Counted from the first letter of the stretch, positions 37,189-47,057 are shown. The stretch: DNA of 64,000 nt from an uncultured virus (IMG/VR IMGVR_UViG_3300036945_000909) (IMGVR_UViG_3300036945_000909), one strand, 5' to 3'. Numbers and translations: made by a program. The notes: generated from the letters alone by a model not told the origin.

Positions 37189-38676
37189 ATGAAAGCAACT
37201 ATCATAGGTAGCGATTTATTGGAAAAAAATGGAAGTGTTAAGTTTTTAGAAATAAACACAAACACAACCATTTATAACACAGGTGCCGATTTATTAGATT
37301 ATACCGCATTATTTGATGTCTTAACAACTAACAACATAACTGAATTTCATTTTATATGGACAGAAGTGGATTCATATACCCCACTTGTAGAACCATTTAG
37401 ATTTAAAGAAATTTTACAAGAAAAATGTGCGGAAAATAACATATCATTCACAGAATATGTAGTTCCTGTTAATTCAGTAACCGTTCCATACATTGAAGAT
37501 GCACCTAACAAATTTATATTAAGACAATCATATGATACTACTGCATTAGTAGATGAAACATATTGTGCTAATAAATTTGAGTTCTTTAACTTAATGAGTG
37601 GGTCTGAATATATTCCTGCTACATATTTTAGTGGTAGTGCTCTACAAATGGATGAATTTGCTACATTGGATACATCATTAGATGCACCAAATGTTTTAGT
37701 TAAAGCAAACTCTCCTTCGTATGATTTAAATTTATATCCAGCATTATACAAATTAGATGATATTTCTGAATTGAACAGTCTAAAAACCGAATTAGGTTCT
37801 GATTACTTAGTTCAGGAATTTGTGTATTCAGATGACAATATTGTTGATGGTAGATATTCTATCATTCGTAGTATTGATATTATATATGGTTCTAACTTAG
37901 ATGTAATTAACTTAGGTGGGTATAAACAAAGCACATTAATACCGATGAGTTTTACTACTGATGAATTTGTAGTAGATACTAAAAGATTAAATCAAAAAAG
38001 TAGAATAAAATATATTTCAAAACCTATTACAAGAGAATATGCTAATGAATATCATACCGATTCTGATTCTGTTATTTTAGATTATACCGGTTCATTGGTA
38101 GATGTAGATAATTTGCAATTAGGTGATTATATAAAATCTATAAATTTCCAAGATATTCATGGTAATAATGCAGCTGCATTTGACCAAACTCTCTTAGAAA
38201 CCTATGGTTGGGAAACTACAATACCACAAGCAAATGAAACCCTAACTGCAGAATCATCGAGTTTAGCAAATATGTATTCGTCATCAGTTGATACTATCTA
38301 TGTAAGAATTACATTAGAAGATGGTAAAACGTGGGTTGATGCACCTTCTTGTACATACTTCATCGAAGAAAACGATTCAGATAAAACTAGATTTGAAAAA
38401 GTAAATAATATGGTAGTGGGTGATAAATTGGTTGTAACCGATGCATCTACAAACCAATTGACTACGATAGCAATTACATCATTGGAAATGGAACATGCCC
38501 AAACAATTATTTATAGTTTAGACTTTGAACCATCTGATTTATTCTTAGTAGATGTGGGGGGTGGATTGTTTAGTGTGATGCACAATACTTGTTGGTGTCC
38601 ATGGATTTATTGCGGATACTTTTGCAACTCATACTACTGCCCTGGCTGCGGTGGTGGTGGATTTGAAAAAGCATAA
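37189..38676 (+). CDS. ATP-grasp-like + Hint (intein-like) fusion with a C-terminal Cys-rich peptide
   Basis: N-terminal FLEINTN, VLVK, YLVQEF and IIRS (circularly permuted ATP-grasp-like); Hint elements L.LGDYI, RITLEDG, VVGDKL, IYSLD.EPSDLFLV and terminal MHN; then TCWCPWIYCGYFCNSYYCPGCGGGGFEKA. Confidence 0.7.
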   Translation: MKATIIGSDLLEKNGSVKFLEINTNTTIYNTGADLLDYTALFDVLTTNNITEFHFIWTEVDSYTPLVEPFRFKEILQEKCAENNISFTEYVVPVNSVTVPYIEDAPNKFILRQSYDTTALVDETYCANKFEFFNLMSGSEYIPATYFSGSALQMDEFATLDTSLDAPNVLVKANSPSYDLNLYPALYKLDDISELNSLKTELGSDYLVQEFVYSDDNIVDGRYSIIRSIDIIYGSNLDVINLGGYKQSTLIPMSFTTDEFVVDTKRLNQKSRIKYISKPITREYANEYHTDSDSVILDYTGSLVDVDNLQLGDYIKSINFQDIHGNNAAAFDQTLLETYGWETTIPQANETLTAESSSLANMYSSSVDTIYVRITLEDGKTWVDAPSCTYFIEENDSDKTRFEKVNNMVVGDKLVVTDASTNQLTTIAITSLEMEHAQTIIYSLDFEPSDLFLVDVGGGLFSVMHNTCWCPWIYCGYFCNSYYCPGCGGGGFEKA

Positions 38677-38705
38677 TATTACTAATTAAAAAAATATAAA
38701 ATAAA

Positions 38706-38846
38706 ATGGCAACTATAAATAAAACACACAGACCAGCTTCAGTAATTAAAGCTAACATCACTCCACTATCAAGTGAATTAAAAGTGAAACTTGCAAATGC
38801 AGTTAGTGAGGTTGTAAATAAAATCAAAGAAACCCATTTAAATTAA
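38706..38846 (+). CDS. 46-aa peptide (not in the ORF track)
   Basis: MATINKTHRPASVIKANITPLSSELKVKLANAVSEVVNKIKETHLN*; its stop overlaps the next ATG (TAATG). Confidence 0.7.
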   Translation: MATINKTHRPASVIKANITPLSSELKVKLANAVSEVVNKIKETHLN

Positions 38847-39541
38847 TGGCTTCATCCAGATTACATCAATTAAAAATAGTTGATAGTATTGTGGGCGTTG
38901 AAAATGGGAATATATTATTATCAAAAATAGAAATAGATTATGGTAATGATATTAAAAAACATAGTGATTTTACATTACGAAATATTGTCTATGATGTATC
39001 TAATTACATCGAAATGACATTAAACTCCGATTGGAGTATTTTAAATACAATTACCATACAAGATATACAACTATTATGGGGTGAATATATTACAGAATAT
39101 CGTAATAATTATTCATCCCATAATTATATTGAAACTAATGCTATTTTATTGGATAGTAGAGTTGGTGGTATTGGGTATTATTGGGTTGATTTGAATACCC
39201 ATCATTCAATTGAAATGATTGCTCGAATGGATAATTGTGGTAGATGTGATTATGACAATACCTTAATTGAATTACGAGAATCTACCCATCATTCGAACAA
39301 ATCCCACATTGTTATTGTATATAATAAATCAAACGGGTTAATCAAACAAATAAAAGGTATAGGTGATAATCTCCCATCTGAAACTTATTGGGATGAAATA
39401 TTTAATTTCTATATCAACACACCATATTTAATTTCAGGTCATAATTATACACAGAAAGAAGGTTTAGATTTTAAACCAGAAATGTTTAGTAAAGAAAAAT
39501 ATGAATTAGTCAAATCTAAAATTATAACTAACTTATTATGA
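38846..39541 (+). CDS. Hypothetical protein, PcfJ-like C-terminal domain
   Basis: M..CG, LIELR, SHIVI and IKQIKG...P motifs. Confidence 0.55.
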   Translation: MASSRLHQLKIVDSIVGVENGNILLSKIEIDYGNDIKKHSDFTLRNIVYDVSNYIEMTLNSDWSILNTITIQDIQLLWGEYITEYRNNYSSHNYIETNAILLDSRVGGIGYYWVDLNTHHSIEMIARMDNCGRCDYDNTLIELRESTHHSNKSHIVIVYNKSNGLIKQIKGIGDNLPSETYWDEIFNFYINTPYLISGHNYTQKEGLDFKPEMFSKEKYELVKSKIITNLL

Positions 39542-40104
39542 ATTATACTATAAATAATAATTTTTGTGATAAAGCTGAAGCTAATTCTATAATTGATTTT
39601 TGTATCAACTATGGTGAACCCTTTTCATATAACCCAACTCAAAATTGGGATTGTAGACGTATATACGATGATGAATTTAAGAAAAAAATAATTACTTTAT
39701 TAGTAGATAATTACAAAACGGAAAAATTTAAATTATGGTTTGATTACACTAATTTTAATTTAAAAAACTTCAACATCAGTCTAACATCATATTACAATGG
39801 TAGATATTTAAATTTGCATAAAGATAAGACAAGTGAACTAACAACGGTAATAGTATTATCGGATGGGTTTGAAGGTGGTGAGTTTGCACTATGTGAAGGT
39901 AAAAATCCACCAATACATTTTGAAACCTTAGAAGGGATTTCAACCTTTAATCTTAACTTAGGAGATTCCATCTCATTTAATGGGTCTGAAACATATCATG
40001 GAGTATTACCCGTAACCAATGGTATTAGATATGCATTAAATATTTGGATGACTGAAACCGATTTTGATTATCCAAAACTTAAAGTTAATACTACATTATT
40101 ATGA
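39538..40104 (+). CDS. 2OG-Fe(II) oxygenase
   Basis: LHKD, FEGGEF, HGVLPV and RYALNIW motifs. Confidence 0.88.
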   Translation: MNYTINNNFCDKAEANSIIDFCINYGEPFSYNPTQNWDCRRIYDDEFKKKIITLLVDNYKTEKFKLWFDYTNFNLKNFNISLTSYYNGRYLNLHKDKTSELTTVIVLSDGFEGGEFALCEGKNPPIHFETLEGISTFNLNLGDSISFNGSETYHGVLPVTNGIRYALNIWMTETDFDYPKLKVNTTLL

Positions 40105-40748
40105 GAGTTGCAATACTAACAAGTGCACGAAGTGGTTCTACGAGTTTATATCATTTAATCGAAGCACATTTAAATAAAAAAAATCATATTTGTATATCAG
40201 AACCATTTAATAATTATTGGCGAGAGAAGATAGGTAAACAAACATATGATGTGATTTTTTTTGAAAATAAGAAAAACATTTTTATAAAAACATTTGTCAG
40301 TAAAACTCAAAAACCAAAAAGTTTATTAGAAAATGAAGATGTATATTGGGAGTGGTTTTTTAACTACTTTGAAAAAATAATTTTATTAGATAGAATAGAT
40401 AAAGATTTACAAAGTGAAAGTTTAACATATCATATAAAAACAGATGATATTCATAGTTGGCAAAAAAGACAAGTATATGATTTATCAATAACTACACCTG
40501 AAGAGATTCTTAATAGTAAAAATGTATTATTAAATGAATCCAATATGATACATGAATTTTCTAAAAAAGGCTATCCCTTATATTATTTTGAAGATATTTT
40601 TATTAAAAAAGATAAAAGTAAAATCATCGATATTTTTAAATATTTAGATATAGATTTGAACGAATCAATGTATAATGATTATGTGTATTCTGATGCGTGT
40701 AAAATACGAATAGGTGAAGACGAATCCAAATTTAAAAGTATAATATAG
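40101..40748 (+). CDS. Sulfotransferase-like (Stf0-type P-loop) protein
   Basis: ARSGSTSL, SEPFN, ILLDR.D...Q.ES and YYFED motifs. Confidence 0.72.
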   Translation: MRVAILTSARSGSTSLYHLIEAHLNKKNHICISEPFNNYWREKIGKQTYDVIFFENKKNIFIKTFVSKTQKPKSLLENEDVYWEWFFNYFEKIILLDRIDKDLQSESLTYHIKTDDIHSWQKRQVYDLSITTPEEILNSKNVLLNESNMIHEFSKKGYPLYYFEDIFIKKDKSKIIDIFKYLDIDLNESMYNDYVYSDACKIRIGEDESKFKSII

Positions 40749-40857
40749 TATCGTATATTTGGTATTGTCATAAATTTTTAGTATATTTGTGAATACGATA
40801 TATAACTCCCTTTTTTTATATCCTAATATTTATTACTATACACTAAAATATGTAATT

Positions 40858-41037
40858 ATGAAAGATGTTTACAAACACAGAATCAATGACACTATGATGT
40901 CAGTTCAACAAAGAATTAAAATTGTTCAAGAAATGATGTCTGGTCAAAGACCTGCAGACCCTCAAATGGCTGCACAGTATTTAAAGGAAGTCCAAAAAGG
41001 ATTGGAATCTATACAAGAAATCGTAGATTTATCATAA
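40858..41037 (+). CDS. Small helical protein
   Basis: ORF after a promoter; ATG start at 40858. Confidence 0.6.
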   Translation: MKDVYKHRINDTMMSVQQRIKIVQEMMSGQRPADPQMAAQYLKEVQKGLESIQEIVDLS

Positions 41038-41038
41038 T

Positions 41039-42265
41039 ATGAATTCGTTGAAGTATTTAGTAGGATTATCAGCTCTAATTATTGCTGGATGTGCTGCGTA
41101 TTTTTCAGTAACGGGATTGGGTGTTCTTTTTGCAGGAGCATCTATACCCGTAATGATAATGGCAAGTTCATTGGAATTTGCTAAATTAGTTGCAGCAACT
41201 TATCTAAAACAAACTTGGGGTGAAATTAAAGGATTTAACAAATGGTATTTAACTATATCAGTTGGGATTCTTATGTTAATCACCTCTGCAGGTATTTTTG
41301 GCTATCTTTCAAACGCTTTTCAAGCACAATCTCTTCAATTACAACAAGTTGATAGAGAAGTATTGGTATTTTCAACCAAAATTGACCAAAATACTGCTCA
41401 AATTGATCAACTTAACACTCAATTAGGACAATTATCATCAACTCAATCTCAAATTTTAGAAAAAGGTAAGGTAAATTCACGTTTATTACGTTCAATTGAT
41501 AGTAAAGATAAACAAGTTTCCCAAATTAATAAGAAAATAGCAGAGTTACAAGAAGAAAACGCCAAAAATAACGAAAAAATCAACGAAATTAAGGTTGCAA
41601 ACTTAGGATTAGAGAAAGAGGTGGGTGGTTTTCGATTTATTGCCGAAGCATTTGGTATGGAATTGAAAAATGTTGTAAAATTCTTCATATTTTTGATTGT
41701 AATTGTGTTTGACCCCCTTGCAATTGCCCTAATTATCGCATTTAACGGTTTAATTGATGATAAAAAGGCCAAACAACGTAAAATTCTTACCGAAATGATG
41801 GAAAATGACCAAAAATTAGGTTTGTATGAGGTATATGGTGATAAGAAAGAAGATTTAGTGGAAAATAATTTACAAAAAGAGAATTTTAGTGGAAAAAATT
41901 TACCAATTGAAGAAGAAACTCCGATTATAGTGGAAAATACACCACTAACACCCAATGATGAGTTAATCGAAGCATTTGAAACTTATAATTCTAATTTAGA
42001 TTTGGATAATGATGGAATTGTATCAAATGAAGAACTATCAGCCGATTCCGATGGTGATGGAGTAGTATCTGAAGAAGAACAACGAAGATGGTATGAAGAA
42101 GGTGGGTGGAAATCACCATATGAGGGAAAAGCGTTCTACCATCATCCCTGGTTTGATTGGAGTAAAAGAGAACGTTGGATTAATGATAGAAAAGCCATAG
42201 ATTATTGGTTAAGTTATCAAGGTGGAACACAAGCTGCGTTAGAAGAATACAAAAAAACTCCATAA
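41039..42265 (+). CDS. Membrane coiled-coil protein with EF-hand-like motifs
   Basis: TM helices (AAYFSV.GL..LFAG, VFDPLAI), coiled coil, DLDNDG and DSDGDG motifs. Confidence 0.8.
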   Translation: MNSLKYLVGLSALIIAGCAAYFSVTGLGVLFAGASIPVMIMASSLEFAKLVAATYLKQTWGEIKGFNKWYLTISVGILMLITSAGIFGYLSNAFQAQSLQLQQVDREVLVFSTKIDQNTAQIDQLNTQLGQLSSTQSQILEKGKVNSRLLRSIDSKDKQVSQINKKIAELQEENAKNNEKINEIKVANLGLEKEVGGFRFIAEAFGMELKNVVKFFIFLIVIVFDPLAIALIIAFNGLIDDKKAKQRKILTEMMENDQKLGLYEVYGDKKEDLVENNLQKENFSGKNLPIEEETPIIVENTPLTPNDELIEAFETYNSNLDLDNDGIVSNEELSADSDGDGVVSEEEQRRWYEEGGWKSPYEGKAFYHHPWFDWSKRERWINDRKAIDYWLSYQGGTQAALEEYKKTP

Positions 42266-42326
42266 TTATTTGGATATGTCAAATAATGTTCGTATATTAG
42301 CTTTATAAAATGTAAAACTATATAAT

Positions 42327-43226
42327 ATGAATTTAGGTTACGCATGTATCAATATGACATTAGGAGAACAAACTCCTAAGATTACTACTAATCGTAGTAT
42401 GGTTAAGAAAACGTTTCATCAGAAAGGTATTTCTTACGCTTCCGAATTAGCACTACAAAACTCTCGTGATTTATTTGAGATTATCAAATGGAATGTTGCC
42501 AACAACATTAAGGTGTTTCGTATCTCTTCAGATATGATGCCTTGGGCATCCGAATATAATGTAGAAGATATGCCGGATTATACCAAAATCTCAAACATCC
42601 TCAAAGGTTGTGGAACTTACGCCAGAGAAAATGGATTACGTCTTACTTCACATCCCGGTCCATTTAACGTATTGGTTTCACCCAATCCAAAAGTAGTTGA
42701 GAACACTATCAAAGATTTAGAACTACATGGTAAAATATTTGATTTATTGGGATTAGGTTTAACTCCGTATAATAAGATTAATATCCATTGTAATGGTGTA
42801 TATGGGGATAAACTATCGGCAATGGATAGATTCTGTTCCAACTTTGAGAAACTCTCTGATAGTGTAAAGAAACGATTGACTGTTGAGAATGATGATAAGG
42901 CATCTATGTATTCTGTTTCTGATTTGATGTATATTCACAAAAAGATTGGTATTCCAATTGTATTCGATTATCATCACCACCAATTTTGCACCGGTGATTT
43001 ATCAGAACAACAAGCGTTAGAATTAGCACTAACAACTTGGCCAGAAGGTATTAAACCAATTGTTCATTATTCAGAATCAAAAGCATTACACGAAGAAAAT
43101 AGTAAACTCAAACCACAAGCTCATTCAGATTATATCAAACAACTCCCTAACACATATGGATTGGCTGTAGATATTATGGTTGAGGCTAAGGCTAAGGAAT
43201 TAGCAATTTTACCTTTTATTAAATAA
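42327..43226 (+). CDS. uvsE: UV-damage endonuclease
   Basis: LGYACIN, FRISS, HPGPF, ENDDK, DYHHH, AHSD and EAKAKE motifs. Confidence 0.95.
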   Translation: MNLGYACINMTLGEQTPKITTNRSMVKKTFHQKGISYASELALQNSRDLFEIIKWNVANNIKVFRISSDMMPWASEYNVEDMPDYTKISNILKGCGTYARENGLRLTSHPGPFNVLVSPNPKVVENTIKDLELHGKIFDLLGLGLTPYNKINIHCNGVYGDKLSAMDRFCSNFEKLSDSVKKRLTVENDDKASMYSVSDLMYIHKKIGIPIVFDYHHHQFCTGDLSEQQALELALTTWPEGIKPIVHYSESKALHEENSKLKPQAHSDYIKQLPNTYGLAVDIMVEAKAKELAILPFIK

Positions 43227-43550
43227 TATGAAACCACAAGGAAAAAGACCCGAACAAATTAAATACTCCGAAGATGTATCGTTTTATGCATCTATTGGTT
43301 TAATTGTTATGTTAATTATTATTTCATTATTTGAATAATAATATGGGAATGATACATGAAGTTAATCAAGTATTAATAGTTAATACCGAATTTGGTGAGG
43401 CACAAGTTTTATTCATAATTGATTATGGTATTCATGCTAATTCAATTTGGGTATGTGCATCATTTGAAGATGGTAGAATACGACACTATGATACTAATCA
43501 AATAACCATAGTAAAAAACTGCACTATGGATTTTAATATTAAAAAAGTAA

Positions 43551-43784
43551 ATGGAAAATAATAAAATAAATTCAGGTCATTATTTGGAATTGATGGATAG
43601 ATTGCATATATTAGCATCTACATTGAACGATCATTGTTTAGAACATCCATTGACAGAATGCGATGAAGAAATCCGTAAAGCAATAGAAATTGCCACTGAA
43701 TTAACATATGAAGCATATCAAGTAGTTGGTCATAAAAGTTACGAATACGATGAAGCGAATAACCCACATATCGGACACTCATAA
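43551..43784 (+). CDS. Hypothetical protein
   Basis: Operon-packed ORF. Confidence 0.6.
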   Translation: MENNKINSGHYLELMDRLHILASTLNDHCLEHPLTECDEEIRKAIEIATELTYEAYQVVGHKSYEYDEANNPHIGHS

Positions 43785-44526
43785 TAAACACACACAATTG
43801 AGTGGTAAATTACCCGGTGGTGATTTACTCATTCATAGTGGCGATGTGTCATCTTTAGGTAGAAAACGAGAAGTTGAATCATTTATTAAATGGTTTAATG
43901 CGATTGATAATTATACTCATAAAATTTTCATCGCAGGTAATCACGATATGTCTTTTGATTCTGAAAAGTTAATGCAGAATAAGATTGATTATTTTGATGG
44001 TAAACGTTCTGTATGGGATACTGAAGGTAATGAACATATTCCTGCAGAAGGTAAACCAGATTGGTTGATTGAGTTATTACAGAATGGATTGAATGATAAT
44101 GTTTATTATTTAGAAAATTCAGATATAACAATCGATGGGTTGAAAGTGTGGGGTTCACCAATTACACCATCATTTGGGTTTGGTTGGGCATTCAACAAAT
44201 ATAGAGGGTATGATATAAACAAAATGTGGAATGAAATCCCATTAGATACTGATATTGTTATTACACACGGCCCGATTCATAGTTATTGTGATAGAACTGA
44301 TAGAGGTGGGTTGAATGTTGGGTGTGAACAATTGTATCACCGATTAAATGAAGTCAAACCTCAATTACACTTTTCAGGTCATATTCATGAGGCGTATGGT
44401 TATAGACACACCAATTGGGGATATGCATTTAACGGATGTAATTGTGATTTGAGTTATGAAGTAAATAACAAACCATTAACGTTTGATTATGATTTTGAGA
44501 ACAAAGAAATAATAGATTTTATATAG
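43750..44526 (+). CDS. Calcineurin-like metallophosphoesterase
   Basis: SDTH, HSGD, AGNHD, THGP and GHIHE motifs. Confidence 0.92.
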   Translation: MKRITHISDTHNKHTQLSGKLPGGDLLIHSGDVSSLGRKREVESFIKWFNAIDNYTHKIFIAGNHDMSFDSEKLMQNKIDYFDGKRSVWDTEGNEHIPAEGKPDWLIELLQNGLNDNVYYLENSDITIDGLKVWGSPITPSFGFGWAFNKYRGYDINKMWNEIPLDTDIVITHGPIHSYCDRTDRGGLNVGCEQLYHRLNEVKPQLHFSGHIHEAYGYRHTNWGYAFNGCNCDLSYEVNNKPLTFDYDFENKEIIDFI

Positions 44527-44527
44527 T

Positions 44528-45160
44528 ATGAAAGTAGAGTTTAAGGATACATTTTTTGAAAGTGTAGAAAAATTGGTTTGGTATGATACTAAGCTATGGA
44601 AGGTATGGGAAGCAGTTCGGTATGATATTCCAAGATTCTTTGGGAATATTTACAAATTTCGTAAAGAATTATATGAACATCGTTGGTATGATTATCATTA
44701 CACTTTACAAATGTTATATCGTTCCCTAACCATTATGGTTGAAAAATTGGAAACCAACGGAATGGAAGTGGATTCTAGTAGAAATAAAAAAACTACTAAA
44801 ATTCGTAGAGCAATTGAAATAATAAAATCTAAAATTGATGATGATTATATTGATAGAGCAGAATTAGAATTGGGTAAAGTTGACTGGCCAGAAATTCAAT
44901 TTGAAAAAGTTGAAGATAGTGATTCATATAGATTGATAGATAATGATACTGATGCTCAGAAAAAACATATACGAAAAGTATTTGCACTAGCACGTAAACT
45001 TGAAGAAAGAGAGTGGAAGGAACTTTGGAAAATATTTGAAGGACAAAATATAAACGAATATAGCAAATTATCAAAATCACTAACATCGGAAGAACATAAA
45101 ACTAGAGATATATGGAATGAATGGTTCGATGGTTCTGGTATGAGAGGTTGGTGGGATTAA
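44528..45160 (+). CDS. Conserved hypothetical phage protein
   Basis: Trp-rich ORF ending GWWD. Confidence 0.7.
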   Translation: MKVEFKDTFFESVEKLVWYDTKLWKVWEAVRYDIPRFFGNIYKFRKELYEHRWYDYHYTLQMLYRSLTIMVEKLETNGMEVDSSRNKKTTKIRRAIEIIKSKIDDDYIDRAELELGKVDWPEIQFEKVEDSDSYRLIDNDTDAQKKHIRKVFALARKLEEREWKELWKIFEGQNINEYSKLSKSLTSEEHKTRDIWNEWFDGSGMRGWWD

Positions 45161-45166
45161 CAAATT

Positions 45167-45379
45167 ATGGGAAATATAAATAGCATATCTGATATATGGG
45201 TGGTTCATAAAGGGCCGAGAAAAAACTCAAAAATTCAAATTGAAGTATTTAAGAATATGCGGGTCGATGATATTTTGGACGCAAAGAAGAGAAAACCACC
45301 TATTCCTCATGAAAATGAAATATTAGAAATTGGAGTTGGAAACTTCGAAGAGAAATACAAAAAGAAATACAATTTATGA
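45167..45379 (+). CDS. Hypothetical protein
   Basis: Operon-packed ORF. Confidence 0.6.
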   Translation: MGNINSISDIWVVHKGPRKNSKIQIEVFKNMRVDDILDAKKRKPPIPHENEILEIGVGNFEEKYKKKYNL

Positions 45380-45660
45380 TTATAAGAAAAAAGATAGGAA
45401 AACTAAAAGTAAATATAGTTTTCAGATATCAAGGTGATAAAGTGGGAACGGATGATTCTTACGAAAAAACAAAGTGGCAAGAAAAGAAATTAGGTGTGTG
45501 GTGGAAAACTTATAAAGCAGTTGGAACTAAATACAAAGGTAAACAAATGTTTAAGAGTGATAATCACAGACCAGGAATTATGTTAGGGTTAAATTTAATA
45601 TGGGCAAATCTATGGATTGATGTTTCATATGGAGTTTTAACTTTTAGTATGAAAAAATAA
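45376..45660 (+). CDS. Hypothetical protein
   Basis: Overlap-coupled ORF. Confidence 0.6.
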   Translation: MIIRKKIGKLKVNIVFRYQGDKVGTDDSYEKTKWQEKKLGVWWKTYKAVGTKYKGKQMFKSDNHRPGIMLGLNLIWANLWIDVSYGVLTFSMKK

Positions 45661-45667
45661 AGATGTT

Positions 45668-47053
45668 TTGGAATTAAGACAAAATCAAATAGACCCCGTT
45701 ACGATTGGTATTGAATTTTTTAAAATACCTAAAATGGCACCTTCAATTATCGTTGCACCTACTGCATTCGGTAAATCAATTGTTATTGCCCACATCGCAA
45801 AGGGTATTGAAGAGAAAGTTTTAGTTCTACAACCATCAAAGGAGTTATTAGAGCAAAATTACAATAAGTTTGTTTACTTTGGTGGAAAGGCTGCAATCTA
45901 CTCTGCTTCAATGGGAAGTAAAGAGTTGGGTGATGTGACGTATGCAACCATCGGTTCTATCGTATCAATTGGATATAAATTCAGAGAATTGGGTATTACT
46001 AAGGTAATCATCGATGAGTGTGATCGATATCCAAGAGATAAAGGTGGAATGTTGAGAAGGTTTTTAGATTCAATGAAAGCAACTCACGTTTTAGGTTTAA
46101 CTGCAACTCCACTTAAATTACAATCCAATATGAGTGAAACCGGTCCTTATTCAAAGTTAGTAATGTTGACCAATAAATCAAAACATGGAGTATTCTTCAA
46201 ACATATTCTTCATGTTGCTCAAATTCAAGACATTGTTAAGTTAGGATTTTGGACACCATTGGTATATCAATCATATGATTTCGATACCGGTGCATTGATG
46301 TTTAATTCATCTGGTGCTGAATATACCAATGATTCTATAGCACGTGCATATGAGAATCAAAATTTGGAAACAAAGATTGTTAAGAAGATATACGAAATGC
46401 ATGATAGGAAATCTATTCTGATTGCAGTTCCAACAATCGAACAAGCAACACAACTTGCTAGAAAGATTCCATCTGCTGCAGTAGTTCATGGTGAAACTCC
46501 AACTGCAGAACGAAATCGAATTATTGAAGAATTCCGTAATCAACAAATCAGAGTTATTGTTCAGGTCAATGTATTAACAGTTGGTTTCGATTACCCAGAA
46601 TTAGATTGTTTGATTACTGCTAGACCAACTGCATCTATCTCATGGTGGTATCAGTTTGTAGGAAGGGGAACTCGTATTCACGACAACAAGAAAGATTGTT
46701 TAGTTGTGGATTTTGTGGGGTCTCTTGAACGCTTTGGTAAAGTTGAGGATTTATACTACAAAGAGGATGAAGAGGGGACTTGGGAACTCTATGGAGAAAA
46801 TAAGAAGAAGATTACGGGAATACCAATTCATGAGATTGGATTGCACCTTGAGGGTGGGGTAAATCTTGCAGAACAACGAAATGATGAGGGTGAAATTCAA
46901 AAGGTTTATATGACATTTGGTAAATACAAAAATAAACCGGTGGCATCAATACCACCTTATTATAGAAAATGGTTATTGGATAATATAACGTGGAATCCGT
47001 ATAATCAGAAAATTAAAGAAGAAATTCTACGTTTAGAACAAATAAAAAAATAA
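45668..47053 (+). CDS. SF2 DExD/H helicase (RadD/YejH-like)
   Basis: PTAFGKS, IDECD, LTATP, LTVGFD.P and Q.VGRG.R motifs; C-terminal MTFGKYK domain. Confidence 0.9.
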   Translation: MELRQNQIDPVTIGIEFFKIPKMAPSIIVAPTAFGKSIVIAHIAKGIEEKVLVLQPSKELLEQNYNKFVYFGGKAAIYSASMGSKELGDVTYATIGSIVSIGYKFRELGITKVIIDECDRYPRDKGGMLRRFLDSMKATHVLGLTATPLKLQSNMSETGPYSKLVMLTNKSKHGVFFKHILHVAQIQDIVKLGFWTPLVYQSYDFDTGALMFNSSGAEYTNDSIARAYENQNLETKIVKKIYEMHDRKSILIAVPTIEQATQLARKIPSAAVVHGETPTAERNRIIEEFRNQQIRVIVQVNVLTVGFDYPELDCLITARPTASISWWYQFVGRGTRIHDNKKDCLVVDFVGSLERFGKVEDLYYKEDEEGTWELYGENKKKITGIPIHEIGLHLEGGVNLAEQRNDEGEIQKVYMTFGKYKNKPVASIPPYYRKWLLDNITWNPYNQKIKEEILRLEQIKK

Positions 47054-47057
47054 AATT

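Noticed and set aside
38050..38586. Canonical splicing intein or mobile intein
   Set aside because: There is no N-terminal Cys/Ser, no TxxH and no homing endonuclease, so it is treated as a cleavage-only Hint domain.
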